Shown: positions 1-9,704 of the stretch, piece after piece
Layout of the letters: every line of letters begins with the position of its first letter
Numbering within the stretch: position 1 is the stretch's first letter
Assembly (NCBI RefSeq): GCF_000253055.1
Contig: NC_016070.1
Span: forward strand, 270,001 to 302,000
DNA: 32,000 bases
Direction: 5' to 3'
Origin: Thermoproteus tenax Kra 1
Lineage (GTDB): Archaea > Thermoproteota > Thermoprotei > Thermoproteales > Thermoproteaceae
Translations under genes and position numbers: made by a program
The notes under the pieces: generated by a model
What the model saw: only the letters and a program-made list of their open reading frames with translations
What the model was told of the DNA's origin: nothing
Database searches by the model: none

Positions 1-218
1 ATTTCCACCCTCTGCGGGCTTCAGTCCGACGTCCCCGAAGCGCAGCGAAGGGCTCGTACGTCTTAATGCGGCGAGCTTGAGACATGCCCTGGCCCACTCT
101 CACGTGCTCCCAATTGGCGAGGTGCCCCTGCAATCAACATTAATTCCGAAATCTACAATATAACAAACAATAATTTACAATTATAGTAAGACTTAAAAAT
201 GTGAAATCGCAGAGAGGA

Positions 219-1583
219 ATGCAACCGGGCGGATACACCATAGCGGCCAGACTTGAGAGACTTCCGTGGACGTCCTTCCACACGCGGCTGCTCGTCTTAC
301 TCTCCATAGGGGAGTTCTTCGAGCTCTACGACCTTTTCGTCGGAGGCTTCGCTGTAGTGCCCATCTCCCATTATTACGGCATATCGTTGGCCTCGGCGAT
401 CTACTACACTATAGCCCTGCTCTTCCTCGGAGCCTTCGTTGGCGCAATAGCCTTCACTTTAATAGGCGATGCGTGGGGCAGGAGGTCGGCCTTGTTGTTC
501 AACCTCGCGTTGATGAGCCTGGCCTATCTGGCCACGCCCTTCGCGCCCGACCCGCTCACCCTGGGGCTCCTCAGATTTTTGGCTGGGCTAGGAGTGGGGC
601 CCGAGGCCTTGATAGTGTTGGACATCATGATCTCCGAGTTCTTCCCGGCGAAATTCAGAGGCAGAGCCTTGGCGACGGCTTACACTATATCGTGGACGGC
701 GCCCTTGGTCGTCGCTGCGCTCGCCTACTTCCTAGTGCCTCGGACAATACTGGGGCTACAGGGATGGCAGTGGCTTTTTATAATCGGAGGATTGGGGGTC
801 TTGTTGTTTCTTCCATACCGCTTCTTGATACCTGAGTCGCCGCGCTGGCTTGAGGTCAAGGGGAGAGCCGCGGAGGCGGACAAGATAGTCTCAAAGATGG
901 AGGAGACGGCGCGGAGAGAAAGGGGGGAGCTCCCGGAGCCTCCCCAGGTTGAGGTGGTAAGGAGCGAGAGGATCCCAATAGGCGAACTCTTCAGCAGAGA
1001 GTACAGAAGGAGGACCATTATGTTGTGGATATTCGAGTTTCTGCAGACCGGCGTCTACTACGGCTTCGCCTCGCTCGCCCCCTCAGTGCTCTACGTCAAG
1101 GGCTTTACGATAGTGAGGACGTTGGAGTACACTATGATGATATATGCCTCGTACTTCATCTCCTCAGTGATATCTATATTTGTAATAGACAGCGTTAAGT
1201 TCGACAGAAAGTGGCAGGTGGCCTTAGTGGCCCTATTGATGGGCGTGGTCGGGCTGGCCTTCGGCCTATCAACGACGCCGGCGCAAGTGGTGGCCACCGG
1301 CTTTATGTTCGGGCTCTTGTCCAATATATTCTCCAACGCCTTCCATCAGTACGGCGCAGAGCTTTACCCGACGAGGATAAGGGCGTTTGCAGACGGCGTG
1401 CAGTACTCTCTGAGCAGGTTGGGAAACTACGTCTGGCTCTCCGTGCTTCCCCTTGTGTTGACAGCCTATGGCCCCCTTGCGATGTACATGGTCGTATTCG
1501 CCATGGCGGTAGCCGTGTTCCTAGACGTGGGGATACTGGGCCCCCGCGCCTCACAGATGGCCCTCGAGAGGCTCAGCAGATAG
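219..1583 (+). CDS. MFS transporter (general substrate / sugar-porter type)
   Basis: ORF 201..1583. Has a 6+6 TM layout with a long central loop, an MFS loop motif GDAWGRRSA and PESPRWL after TM6. ATG at 219 lies about 25 nt downstream of TATA-like cttaaaaat (191-199), so it is preferred over GTG 201. Confidence 0.85.
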   Translation: MQPGGYTIAARLERLPWTSFHTRLLVLLSIGEFFELYDLFVGGFAVVPISHYYGISLASAIYYTIALLFLGAFVGAIAFTLIGDAWGRRSALLFNLALMSLAYLATPFAPDPLTLGLLRFLAGLGVGPEALIVLDIMISEFFPAKFRGRALATAYTISWTAPLVVAALAYFLVPRTILGLQGWQWLFIIGGLGVLLFLPYRFLIPESPRWLEVKGRAAEADKIVSKMEETARRERGELPEPPQVEVVRSERIPIGELFSREYRRRTIMLWIFEFLQTGVYYGFASLAPSVLYVKGFTIVRTLEYTMMIYASYFISSVISIFVIDSVKFDRKWQVALVALLMGVVGLAFGLSTTPAQVVATGFMFGLLSNIFSNAFHQYGAELYPTRIRAFADGVQYSLSRLGNYVWLSVLPLVLTAYGPLAMYMVVFAMAVAVFLDVGILGPRASQMALERLSR

Positions 1584-2090
1584 CTAGCGGGTGGCCTCCG
1601 GGGAGGGGGCAGCCTCGCGCGCCCTTTTGTACTCAAGGCTGTGTCTGGACAGCTCCTCCTCCACAAACTTTCTATTATCCTTCAGAAGTTTGTCCACTAG
1701 GCTTAAGTATCTGGCCAGTCTGACGGCGTCCGCCTCTATCTCCACTAATCTCTCCCCGTCCACTACCACGAAGTGCCTTTTGTTTATCCTCCGGCCCAAG
1801 ATGTATTCGGCCTCGTTGGCAGCGGCTTGTAGGGCAACGCAGTGCGGGCTGCCGTCTATTGTAACCACCCAGACCTCCTCAGGCTCGGAGCTCCTTATAG
1901 CGCTGGCCAATTTGCCGTAGTGCATGGCCGGCTCGGCCTCCGGACAGGCCAAGACCACCGAGGCGCCCTTGGAGACCTCCTTGAAGACAGCCTCGTTCAC
2001 ATAGGGGAGACACGCCGAGGCTACGACTAGCCTCTTGGCTTTAAAGACCGGCGCCTTGACCCACGTGCTCAAGAGGCGCGGGCAGCTCAT
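1584..2090 (-). CDS. conserved hypothetical protein with four Cys, translationally coupled to thiC
   Basis: 168-aa ORF whose ATG overlaps the thiC stop as ATGA (2087-2090). High GC3 in this frame. No family motif I can name with certainty. Confidence 0.6.
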   Translation of the reverse strand: MSCPRLLSTWVKAPVFKAKRLVVASACLPYVNEAVFKEVSKGASVVLACPEAEPAMHYGKLASAIRSSEPEEVWVVTIDGSPHCVALQAAANEAEYILGRRINKRHFVVVDGERLVEIEADAVRLARYLSLVDKLLKDNRKFVEEELSRHSLEYKRAREAAPSPEATR

Positions 2091-3376
2091 AGGTCCACCC
2101 TTTTGGCCTGCTCTCTAGCCCACATCATGGGGCAGTATCCTCCGCACATAGTACATGCCGAGGTCTTCGGCTCGCCGTACTGTGTGTAGACTCTCCACGC
2201 CGCCTCGGGGTCTATGAGGCGCGAGATCATCTCCTTCCACTGCAGTCTGCCCCTGTAGACGCTGACCTCTCTGTCCCATTTGGAGGCGCGGGGTCCCAGT
2301 TTGACTATATCTCCTATGTGGGCGGCCACTCTGTATGCCTTGGCCCCCTCCTCCACTTGTTCCACAGTGGGCAGAGCCAGATGCTCGGCCGGAGTGAGGT
2401 AACAGAGGAGGTCGGCGCCTGCGGCCGCCGCAAGAGCAGCTCCGGCGGCGGAGGCGATGTGGTCGTAGGGGGCCGCCACGTCTGTGGGCAGAGGGCCCAG
2501 AACATAGTAGGGGATCCCTCCGGTGAGCCTCTTCTCTAGCTTTATAGTCCATATTACGTCGTTGAGAGGGACGTGGCCCGGCCCCTCCAACATGACCTGC
2601 ACCCCCCTCTTCACCGCCTTCTTGGCCAGCCGCGAGGCCTCCACGAGCTCCGCTATATGGAACTCATCGTGGGCATCGGCGATGGCGCCGGGCCTGAGAG
2701 CGTCCCCTATAGATATAACGGCGTCATATTCGGCGAATAGCTCCAGGAGGTAGTCCCAGTTCTTGAGGTACGGGTTCTCGGATCTGTTGTGGAGCATCCA
2801 GCCTATTATCATGTCGCCGCCCCGCGAGACCACCGGTATAACTCTCTCGCTCTTGAGCACTTTGACGGCCAAGTCCCTCGTCACGGCGGCGTGTATAGTC
2901 ATAAACGCCACGCCGTCTTTAAGGTGTCTCTCGACGGTCTTGAGGAGGTCCTCCTCAGTGAAGTATGCGCCTCCGCCCCTCCTGGAGAAGGACTCTATGA
3001 ACGCCTGATAGACCGGGACTGTGCCCAGAGGTATTTCGGCGGCCTCTATGAGCCTCCTCCTTATGGAGTCGAGATCTCCCCCGACGCTTAAGTCCATTAC
3101 TGTGTCCCCCCACCTGTTGGCCACGGCGACCTTCTTCAGCTCTGCGTCCAAGTCGGCCACTTCCCCCGAGGTGCCCACGTTTATGTTGACCTTCGTCGTA
3201 AGCCCCTTCCCCACGGCTGTGACCCTCTTGGGCGGCCTCGCCGCATTTCTTATGACGATGGCCTGACCTCTAGCGATTCTGTCTCGGAGCTTCTCGGGGG
3301 AGACCCCCTCAACTTTCGTCACATCTGCGAAATCCTCGGTCCTCCCCGCCCTTGCGGCCAATATGGCGGTTTTCAT
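2087..3376 (-). CDS. thiC: phosphomethylpyrimidine synthase ThiC (radical SAM)
   Basis: 429 aa. Shows ThiC-typical blocks and the C-terminal CX2CX4C cluster motif [12 protein letters not shown]-rich TATA region directly upstream (3385-3410). Confidence 0.95.
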   Translation of the reverse strand: MKTAILAARAGRTEDFADVTKVEGVSPEKLRDRIARGQAIVIRNAARPPKRVTAVGKGLTTKVNINVGTSGEVADLDAELKKVAVANRWGDTVMDLSVGGDLDSIRRRLIEAAEIPLGTVPVYQAFIESFSRRGGGAYFTEEDLLKTVERHLKDGVAFMTIHAAVTRDLAVKVLKSERVIPVVSRGGDMIIGWMLHNRSENPYLKNWDYLLELFAEYDAVISIGDALRPGAIADAHDEFHIAELVEASRLAKKAVKRGVQVMLEGPGHVPLNDVIWTIKLEKRLTGGIPYYVLGPLPTDVAAPYDHIASAAGAALAAAAGADLLCYLTPAEHLALPTVEQVEEGAKAYRVAAHIGDIVKLGPRASKWDREVSVYRGRLQWKEMISRLIDPEAAWRVYTQYGEPKTSACTMCGGYCPMMWAREQAKRVDL

Positions 3377-3482
3377 AAGTCATTGTTAGATCAATAATAA
3401 ATAATTTATTGAAGGCTCCCCGCTTGAGGGCCCTCTCGGTAAGTCGTATATTCTCATTATAGACGGAGGGGGCGCCTAAATA

Positions 3483-3494
3483 TTGAACGTTCAA
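3483..3494. promoter_or_regulatory. perfect 12-bp palindrome TTGAACGTTCAA between two TATA-like elements upstream of pdxS (candidate operator)
   Basis: Read directly. It is flanked by ctaaatat (3474-3482) and ctaaatttttatc (3495-3507), and the pdxS ATG is at 3527. Confidence 0.3.
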
Positions 3495-3526
3495 CTAAAT
3501 TTTTATCTCCGCGCATTCCTTGTGCC

Positions 3527-4546
3527 ATGATCGCGGACGTCCACGAACAGTTGGAGAAGCTGAGGGATCTGATGTACGGCCTATTAGAGCTGAGAGATAG
3601 GCTCAAATCGCTCGGCATCGCTTGGCCCAGGCCGTTGCCCGACGGAGCGACCATAGGGACTGTGAGGGTTAAGACTGGTCTGCCGGCCATGATGAGGAGG
3701 GGCGTCATAATGGACGTCACAAATGTGGAGCAGGCACAGATAGCGGAGGAGGCGGGGGCGGTGGGAGTGATGGTCTTGGACAAGCTCCCCTACGACGTAA
3801 GGAAGGCCGGGGGAGTGGCGAGGATGGCGGACGTAAAAGTGATAGAGGAGGTTATGTCCCACATCACTATACCTGTCTCCGCCAAAGTCAGAATAGGCCA
3901 CTACTACGAGGCTGTGGTCCTACAACAGATAGGCGTAGACCTCATAGATGAGTCTGAGGTGCTCACTCCCGTGGACGAACAACACCACATAAACAAATGG
4001 TCCTTCACTGTGCCCTTCGTCAACGGTTGCCGCGAGCTGTGCGAGGCCTTGAGGAGGATCTCGGAGGGCGCCTCCATGATCAGATCCAAGGGCGAGGCCG
4101 GCACTGGGAACGTGAGCGAGGCTGTGAAACACTTCAAGGCGCTCTACGGGGCAATAGAGGAGCTATCGGCGGCTCTAAAGTTGGGCGACGAGGAGAAGAT
4201 CAGAGATTACGCCAGAAGGTGCCAAGCGCCGTTCGAGCTCGTCGCTTTGACCGCGAAGCTTGGCAGACTGCCCGTGGTCACCTTCGCCGCAGGCGGCATA
4301 GCTACGCCGGCGGACGCGGCCTTGATGATGTGGCTGGGCGCCGACGGAGTGTTCGTAGGCAGCGGGATCTTCAAGAGTCAGGACCCGAGGGAGAGGGCGC
4401 AGGCGATCGTCTTGGCTACGTCCTATTGGGACGACCCGGAGGCAGTCGTCGAGGCTCAGAGGATGGTCAGCGAGAGGAGCGCCATGATGGGCCTAGACGT
4501 GAGGACGCTGAAGCCCGAGGAGCTCCTCCAGACCAGGGGGCTATGA
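3527..4546 (+). CDS. pdxS: pyridoxal 5'-phosphate synthase lyase subunit PdxS
   Basis: 339 aa. Contains conserved PdxS blocks [35 protein letters not shown] and [32 protein letters not shown]. Confidence 0.95.
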   Translation: MIADVHEQLEKLRDLMYGLLELRDRLKSLGIAWPRPLPDGATIGTVRVKTGLPAMMRRGVIMDVTNVEQAQIAEEAGAVGVMVLDKLPYDVRKAGGVARMADVKVIEEVMSHITIPVSAKVRIGHYYEAVVLQQIGVDLIDESEVLTPVDEQHHINKWSFTVPFVNGCRELCEALRRISEGASMIRSKGEAGTGNVSEAVKHFKALYGAIEELSAALKLGDEEKIRDYARRCQAPFELVALTAKLGRLPVVTFAAGGIATPADAALMMWLGADGVFVGSGIFKSQDPRERAQAIVLATSYWDDPEAVVEAQRMVSERSAMMGLDVRTLKPEELLQTRGL

Positions 4547-5154
4547 GGGCCGGAGTTCTGGCCCTACAAGGCGACGTGGAGGAGCACGCCAGAGCCTTCG
4601 CGAGGGCGGCGGAGGAGCTGAGGATATCGCTCGAGGTAGTTGAAGTGAAGAGGCCGCAACAGCTAAGAGAATTGGACGCCATAGCTATCCCAGGGGGCGA
4701 GTCCACGACCATCGGAGCTCTGGCCAAGAGGACTGGGCTTCTGGACGCTCTGAGGGACGCCGTGAGGGGCGGTCTGCCGACGTTGGGCACTTGCGCGGGC
4801 GCTATATTCCTGGCGAAGGAGGTGAAAGACTCGGTTGTGGGCGAGACCGGCCAGCCCATCTTGGGCCTCATGGACATAGGCGTAGTGAGAAACGCCTTTG
4901 GGAGACAGAGGGAGTCCTTCGAGCTGGACCTGGACACAGACTTCGGCCGGCTGAGGGGCGTGTTCATAAGGGCCCCCGCCATAGTCAAGGTGTGGGGCGG
5001 GGCCAGGTCTGCGGCCAAAATGAGGCACCCGGAGCTCGGCGAGATACACGCCGCGGCCGTTCAGAGCAATATAATCGCCACCATATTCCATCCCGAGCTG
5101 TCCACGACGGCCGTCCACAGATACCTCTTGAGCTTGGCCAAGGGCCGCGCCTGA
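4543..5154 (+). CDS. pdxT: pyridoxal 5'-phosphate synthase glutaminase subunit PdxT
   Basis: Internal ATG of track ORF 3997..5154. It overlaps the pdxS stop as ATGA (4543-4546). Product begins [15 protein letters not shown] and carries the GTCAG catalytic Cys and a FHPE block. The upstream part of the track ORF is out-of-frame overlap with pdxS. Confidence 0.93.
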   Translation: MRAGVLALQGDVEEHARAFARAAEELRISLEVVEVKRPQQLRELDAIAIPGGESTTIGALAKRTGLLDALRDAVRGGLPTLGTCAGAIFLAKEVKDSVVGETGQPILGLMDIGVVRNAFGRQRESFELDLDTDFGRLRGVFIRAPAIVKVWGGARSAAKMRHPELGEIHAAAVQSNIIATIFHPELSTTAVHRYLLSLAKGRA

Positions 5155-5256
5155 GTTCGTCGGTAGTTTTCGCCAAGTCCCCTGGATTTTTTGAAACGTT
5201 TCATTTTTATCTCGCGTCGTCCAAGCCCATATGGACAGCCCGCGCGGAGGAGGACT

Positions 5257-5790
5257 ATGACCTTCGCCAAACCCTGCCTGATGCTCTTCTCGTGCCCAGG
5301 GGACGGGGGAGACACGCTGGTGCTCCACAGAGGCAGAGCGCTCCAGGCCTCCAAGGCTGACCCCCTGGTCAAGCTGTACGGGGCGTTGGACACGGCGGTC
5401 GCCTACGCCCACAAGGCCGCAGGCCTCCTCCCCCGCCCGCAGGCCAGAGTCATGAGGCTCCTCGCATTCTCTATGACTGAGCTCGGCTTCTACGTGGCCA
5501 CGGGCAGAGCGCTCCATCTGGACAACGCCGTGGAGCTCTACAGGAGGGCCCTCAAGCTCGCCTACTCGGCCAGCGGGGATCCCCCGCGCAGCTGGATAGC
5601 TTGCTCCTCGCCCGAGTGCTCGGCCGTGGACGAGGCGAGGGTGTGGGCGAGGTGGGCGGAGAGGAGGGCTGTGGCGCTCGGGGAGGCCGAGGCGGCGAGG
5701 CTTCTGAACCAGCTCTCCAACCTGATGTTCGAGGTCATGGCCACCCTCCCGCACATAGAGTACAGATCGAGGCCTCTCAGACCTACTTGA
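5257..5790 (+). CDS. PduO-type ATP:cob(I)alamin adenosyltransferase-like protein
   Basis: N-terminal GDGGDT...K..P.V...G.LD motif and C-terminal helices resemble the Cob_adeno_trans family, but the match is divergent. ATG 5257 is preceded by GGAGGAGG. ATG 5281 is an alternative start. The TTG 5191 start in the track is unlikely. Confidence 0.6.
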   Translation: MTFAKPCLMLFSCPGDGGDTLVLHRGRALQASKADPLVKLYGALDTAVAYAHKAAGLLPRPQARVMRLLAFSMTELGFYVATGRALHLDNAVELYRRALKLAYSASGDPPRSWIACSSPECSAVDEARVWARWAERRAVALGEAEAARLLNQLSNLMFEVMATLPHIEYRSRPLRPT

Positions 5791-6430
5791 ACCCTTCAAG
5801 GATGTGGAGCCTCGGAGTAAATCTGACTCCCAAGCTCTCGGCCATGGGAACCGTCACCTCTCTGTCCCTCCTGGAGCACTCCTCGCGGTCGGCGCATTGG
5901 GACATCAAGTAGACGCGCTCCCTTGGCAGCCCGAAATCTCTGATCAGAGCCTCTACCTCTTCGGCGTCCTCGCGCCTCTCGACTACCAGTTTGAACACAG
6001 CCTTCTCGCAGGCGGCGTACCGCCTCAACACCTCAGGCCTTATGCGCAAGGCCTCGGGCATCCCCGAATTGGACAGCTTGGGCGACACATTGAACTGGTC
6101 TACATATTGGGCGAGCTCGCCTGGATCTATTGTGCCGTTTGTCTCAACCTCTATATACCACCCCTCCGACTTCAGCTCCTTAACCAGCGGGACAAGCTCC
6201 CTCTTCCAGAGCAACGGCTCTCCTCCAGTGACAACTAGGTGGCGTACTCCCATCCTCTTCAGCTCGGCCAATACCTCCTCTGTCTCCATCTCGACGCCGC
6301 CATCCCAAGAGCTCTTGGTGTCGCACCACGAGCACCTCAAGTTGCAGAGCGCCAGTCTGAGGAAGGCCGCCTCTCTGCCGGCGTTGGGCCCCTCCCCCTG
6401 TCTCGACTTGAAGATTTCGACGACTCTCAT
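5783..6430 (-). CDS. queE: 7-carboxy-7-deazaguanine synthase QueE (radical SAM)
   Basis: 215 aa. Has the N-terminal SRQGEG...AAFLRLALCNLRCSWCDT motif (CX3CX2C) typical of QueE. ATGA overlap with the nadC stop (6427-6430). Confidence 0.88.
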   Translation of the reverse strand: MRVVEIFKSRQGEGPNAGREAAFLRLALCNLRCSWCDTKSSWDGGVEMETEEVLAELKRMGVRHLVVTGGEPLLWKRELVPLVKELKSEGWYIEVETNGTIDPGELAQYVDQFNVSPKLSNSGMPEALRIRPEVLRRYAACEKAVFKLVVERREDAEEVEALIRDFGLPRERVYLMSQCADREECSRRDREVTVPMAESLGVRFTPRLHILEGFK

Positions 6431-7272
6431 AGCAGCTCCATGCTCATGTCGACAGCTTTGACGCTGTGAGTCAGAGCGCCCACCGATATTACGTCGACAT
6501 ATTTGGCGTAGTCGGCCGCGTTGTCCTCTCTTATTCCGCCGGAGGCCTCCAACACGACCCTCTCTCTGAGGCCCCTCTCCCTCAGCCTTCTGTCGACCTC
6601 GGCGACCTCCTCCGGCCTCATGTTGTCCAACATAATTATATCGGCGCCGAGCTCGGCGGCCTTGATCGCGTCGGCGACGTTCTCCACCTCGACCTCTATC
6701 TTCGCCGTGAAGGGCGCAGTCTTCCTCGCAAGCTCCAACGCTCTCTCTAGACCGCCCACGGCCTTTATATGGTTGTCCTTTATCAAGACTGCGTCGCTCA
6801 GACTGAATCTGTGGGGGTCCCCTCCGCCTATGGCCACAGCCTTTTTCTCTATATACCGGAGGAACGGCGTCGTCTTCCTCGTTGCAGCCACTTTGACCCT
6901 CGGGTTGGCCGCCCTAGCCGCTTCCAGAATCCTCCTCGTGGCTGTGGCTATGCCAGAGGCCCTCATCAACAAGTTGAGGACGACTCTCTCGACCTTCAGT
7001 AGGTCCGGCTTGGGCCCTCTGATGTAGAGAAAACATTCGCCGGCCTTCGCTGTCTCTCCGTCCCCCTTCACGACTCTATAGCCTAGGCCCAACAGCTTCA
7101 ACAGCTCCACGACCTCCTCGACCCCTGCCAACACGCAGTCCTCCTTAGTTTTCAGACAAGCTTCGCCCTCCTCGTTGGGCACTATGGCGCTGGTGAGGTC
7201 CCAGAATGGGTCGTCCTCTCTGAGGGCGTCCAACAGTCTGTACGCGAAGAGCCTCGCCTCGATCATAGACAT
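6427..7272 (-). CDS. nadC: nicotinate-nucleotide pyrophosphorylase (quinolinate phosphoribosyltransferase) NadC
   Basis: 281 aa with typical NadC blocks (TRKTTPFLR, IKDNH, IMLDNM, EASGGI). The alternative ATG at 7266 would give an ATGA overlap with the nadB stop. Confidence 0.93.
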   Translation of the reverse strand: MSMIEARLFAYRLLDALREDDPFWDLTSAIVPNEEGEACLKTKEDCVLAGVEEVVELLKLLGLGYRVVKGDGETAKAGECFLYIRGPKPDLLKVERVVLNLLMRASGIATATRRILEAARAANPRVKVAATRKTTPFLRYIEKKAVAIGGGDPHRFSLSDAVLIKDNHIKAVGGLERALELARKTAPFTAKIEVEVENVADAIKAAELGADIIMLDNMRPEEVAEVDRRLRERGLRERVVLEASGGIREDNAADYAKYVDVISVGALTHSVKAVDMSMELL

Positions 7273-8654
7273 CTGAAGAGGATGTGGTATTTAACTCCCG
7301 ACCACGCCGGATAGTCCGCCCTATAGTGGACGCCTATGCTCTCACTCCTAAGCCAAGCGGCCTCAGCGATTAACTTGGGCAGCCCTTCCAAACTCTCCAC
7401 AGCCCTCCTTAAGCCGCTCCCCTCTCTGACTATACCCACGAGTCTCCACATGGTCTCTCTGACATCGCCCTCGTAATAGGGGCACTTCTCAGGGTAGAGG
7501 AGGCCGCCCGCGCGGGGGGCCTCCCATGAGCCTCCCCAGTATGCCCTCAACGCCTCTGCCGCAAGTAGGGCTTGGGCCAGCGCCTCGAGGAGGCTGTTGC
7601 TCGCCAGCCTGTTAGCGCCGTGGAAGAGGGTGGAGGAGGCCTCGCCTACTGCGAAGAGCCCTCTCACGTGGGTCCTCCCGTAGGGATCAGCCACAATCCC
7701 GCCGATGGCGTAGTGTGCGGCGGGCACCACGGGGATGGAGCTCGGGCTCACCCCGTGCCTTTTCAGAAACTCTGCTATGGCCGGGAACTTGCGCTCGAAT
7801 CCCTCGACCGCCGATGCGTCCAAGGTCACTCGCCCCGTCCTCTCAAGCTCGGCGTAGACTGCCCGGCTCACCACATCTCTGGGGGCCAGCTCGGCCGCTG
7901 GGTCGTACTTGGGCATAAAGCGCTCTCCATCTCCGTTATATAGCAGCGCCCCCTCGCCGCGCACGGCCTCAGATATGAGGAAGATCTCGCCGTCCACGAG
8001 GGCCGCTGTGGGGTGGAATTGGACGAACTCCAAGTCTCTGGCGAGCGCCCCCGCCCTCATGGCCGCATATATGCCGGAGCCGTCGGCGTCCGTGGTGCTG
8101 TACTTATAGAGCCCGGCGTAGCCGCCCGTAGCTATCGCCACCGCATCGGCCCTCAGCGTTTCTCCCGTCGATAGCACCACGCCGGCGGCTCTGCCGTCTT
8201 TAACCAACACTTCCCCCAAGCTTCCTCGGACGATCTGGATCCCCAGCTCTTCTGCTCTGTGGGAGAGCGCCCTCATGACGGCCTCGCCTATTTTGTCGCC
8301 CCCCTCCTCGGCCTTCACAACTCTGGCCCTGCTGTGTCCGCCCTCCAGAGCCCTCGTTGCTGACGGCTTGAAGCCCATCTCAGTCAGCCAAGATATGACG
8401 CGCCGCCCCATACCTACGTACAGTCTGACGACCTCCTCATCGTTCAACCCTCTTCCGGCCGCGATAGTGTCCCTTACGTGGGCCTCAACGTCCTCATCGT
8501 CGAGAGGCGCTGCGATCCCTCCCTGGGCCTTCCAGCTGCTCCCTCCCCTGGGATCCCTCGTTACTAAGACCACATCGCCCACGCGCCTCTCGGCTACGGC
8601 GACGGCCAGCGCCAGCCCGGCGACGCCCGAGCCCGCTACGACGACCTCCCTCAT
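7263..8654 (-). CDS. nadB: L-aspartate oxidase NadB
   Basis: 463 aa. Has an N-terminal FAD fold GSGVAGLALA and flavoprotein blocks FVQFHPT, GGI..D and LFAVGE. Confidence 0.93.
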   Translation of the reverse strand: MREVVVAGSGVAGLALAVAVAERRVGDVVLVTRDPRGGSSWKAQGGIAAPLDDEDVEAHVRDTIAAGRGLNDEEVVRLYVGMGRRVISWLTEMGFKPSATRALEGGHSRARVVKAEEGGDKIGEAVMRALSHRAEELGIQIVRGSLGEVLVKDGRAAGVVLSTGETLRADAVAIATGGYAGLYKYSTTDADGSGIYAAMRAGALARDLEFVQFHPTAALVDGEIFLISEAVRGEGALLYNGDGERFMPKYDPAAELAPRDVVSRAVYAELERTGRVTLDASAVEGFERKFPAIAEFLKRHGVSPSSIPVVPAAHYAIGGIVADPYGRTHVRGLFAVGEASSTLFHGANRLASNSLLEALAQALLAAEALRAYWGGSWEAPRAGGLLYPEKCPYYEGDVRETMWRLVGIVREGSGLRRAVESLEGLPKLIAEAAWLRSESIGVHYRADYPAWSGVKYHILFRCL

Positions 8655-9565
8655 CGGAACTCCAACATCCTCTCTATCGCGGCCCTCGCCCTCTTGGCCA
8701 CGTCCTCAGGCACTTGGACGCGGTACACCAGCTCCCTCAGAGACCTCTTGATCTTATCCAGCGTTATCAGCTTCATATACATACATACTGCGTCCTCCAG
8801 CGCTGGGATCAGGCGCGCCTCAGGCGCCTCCCTCCTGATTCTGTCCAAGAGGCCCAGCTCAGTCGCTATAATGAACGCGCCGCGCCCCCTCTCTTTGACG
8901 TGTTTGACCATGCCTTGCGTAGAGAGGACCCTAACCCTCAGTCTCCCCTCCCTCAAGAGGTCCACAGTACCTGAGGCCTCGGGGTGCACCAAGAGCTCGG
9001 CGTCCGCCTCCCTCTCGGCGACAGAGTAGAGCACATCCCTGGTCATCCTCTCGTGGACGTAGCAGGTGCCGCTCCATATCTCCAAGTTCTCCCTCCCAGT
9101 GACATATTTGATGTAGGCGCCCAAGTTTCTGTCGGGGACGAAGAGCACCGGCCTATCCCTCGGTATGGCCTCGACTATCTTGTGGCAGTTGGCCGAGGTG
9201 CAGACGTAGTCGGAAACGGCCTTGACCTCTATGGAGGAGTTGATGTATGTGACCACAACTCCGTTGGGGTTCCTCGCTCTCCATTTCAACACGTCCTCGG
9301 CCGTGATGGAGTCCACCAAAGTGCAACCGGCCGACGGGTCGGGTATAAGGACGAGTTTGTCTGGGTTAAGGACCGCCGCGGTCTCAGCCATGAAGTAGAC
9401 GCCTGCGAACACTAAGACTTTCGCATCGGCGTTGGCTGCCGCCAGGGCCAAGTCCAGAGAGTCCCCCAGATAGTCGGCAACCTCCTGCACCTCCTTCGGC
9501 ATATAGTTGTGGGCCAGAATTACGGCGTTTCTCTCGGCCTTGAGCTTCGCCAACTCTGTCTCCAT
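8651..9565 (-). CDS. nadA: quinolinate synthase NadA
   Basis: 304 aa with NadA blocks ILAHNY, DSL.LA, FMAETA, YINSS and HPE. ATGA overlap with the nadB start. Confidence 0.95.
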   Translation of the reverse strand: METELAKLKAERNAVILAHNYMPKEVQEVADYLGDSLDLALAAANADAKVLVFAGVYFMAETAAVLNPDKLVLIPDPSAGCTLVDSITAEDVLKWRARNPNGVVVTYINSSIEVKAVSDYVCTSANCHKIVEAIPRDRPVLFVPDRNLGAYIKYVTGRENLEIWSGTCYVHERMTRDVLYSVAEREADAELLVHPEASGTVDLLREGRLRVRVLSTQGMVKHVKERGRGAFIIATELGLLDRIRREAPEARLIPALEDAVCMYMKLITLDKIKRSLRELVYRVQVPEDVAKRARAAIERMLEFR

Positions 9566-9603
9566 CGAGCCGGGAATAGAAGAGGCTTGGATTTAAGGGG
9601 TAT

Positions 9604-9618
9604 CCGCAATCTTTGCGC
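9604..9618. promoter_or_regulatory. inverted repeat CCGCAA-tct-TTGCGC just upstream of the nadA TATA (candidate operator, copy 1)
   Basis: Read directly. Both arms are identical to the second copy at 9658-9672. Confidence 0.3.
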
Positions 9619-9657
9619 CCCGCTGCGGCGCGTCCCCTCGGCGCGCGGCGTCTCCCT

Positions 9658-9672
9658 CCGCAAAATTTGCGC
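9658..9672. promoter_or_regulatory. inverted repeat CCGCAA-aat-TTGCGC just upstream of the TATA of the 9705 gene (candidate operator, copy 2)
   Basis: Read directly. It lies 54 bp from copy 1 and abuts the TATA-like cctttattttg (9675-9685). Confidence 0.3.
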
Positions 9673-9704
9673 AACCTTTATTTTGTGCCTCCAAAGCGCC
9701 TAGT

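Noticed and set aside
1-130. Gene fragments at the left edge. These are a plus-frame ORF end (stop TAA 64-66) or a minus-strand ORF start (ATG at 85, MSQARRIKTYEPF...).
   Set aside because: Both readings are possible, fewer than 30 codons are visible, GC3 is similar (about 70% vs 60%), and no clear TATA supports the minus-strand start. The evidence is too ambiguous to call.
150-186. Direct repeat TACAAT(A/T)ATA (about 152-161 and 175-184) upstream of the first MFS gene.
   Set aside because: It is a short, low-complexity AT-rich match inside a promoter region, and chance similarity cannot be distinguished from function without comparative data.
3377-3420. TPP riboswitch upstream of thiC.
   Set aside because: Only about 40 nt of AT-rich promoter separates the TATA region from the thiC ATG, so the gene is leaderless. 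No CUGAGA or ACCUGA riboswitch cores are visible on the minus strand.
4663-5799. 378-aa minus-strand ORF, the largest unassigned ORF in the track. The same applies to other long ORFs such as 3997-4542, 11485-12210, 15227-15739 and 23914-24408.
   Set aside because: It is antisense to, or out of frame with, well-supported genes (pdxT, the adenosyltransferase-like gene, and others). The translations are Arg/Gly/Pro/Ser-rich low-complexity sequence with poor third-position GC. Long spurious ORFs of this kind are expected in 60% GC DNA.
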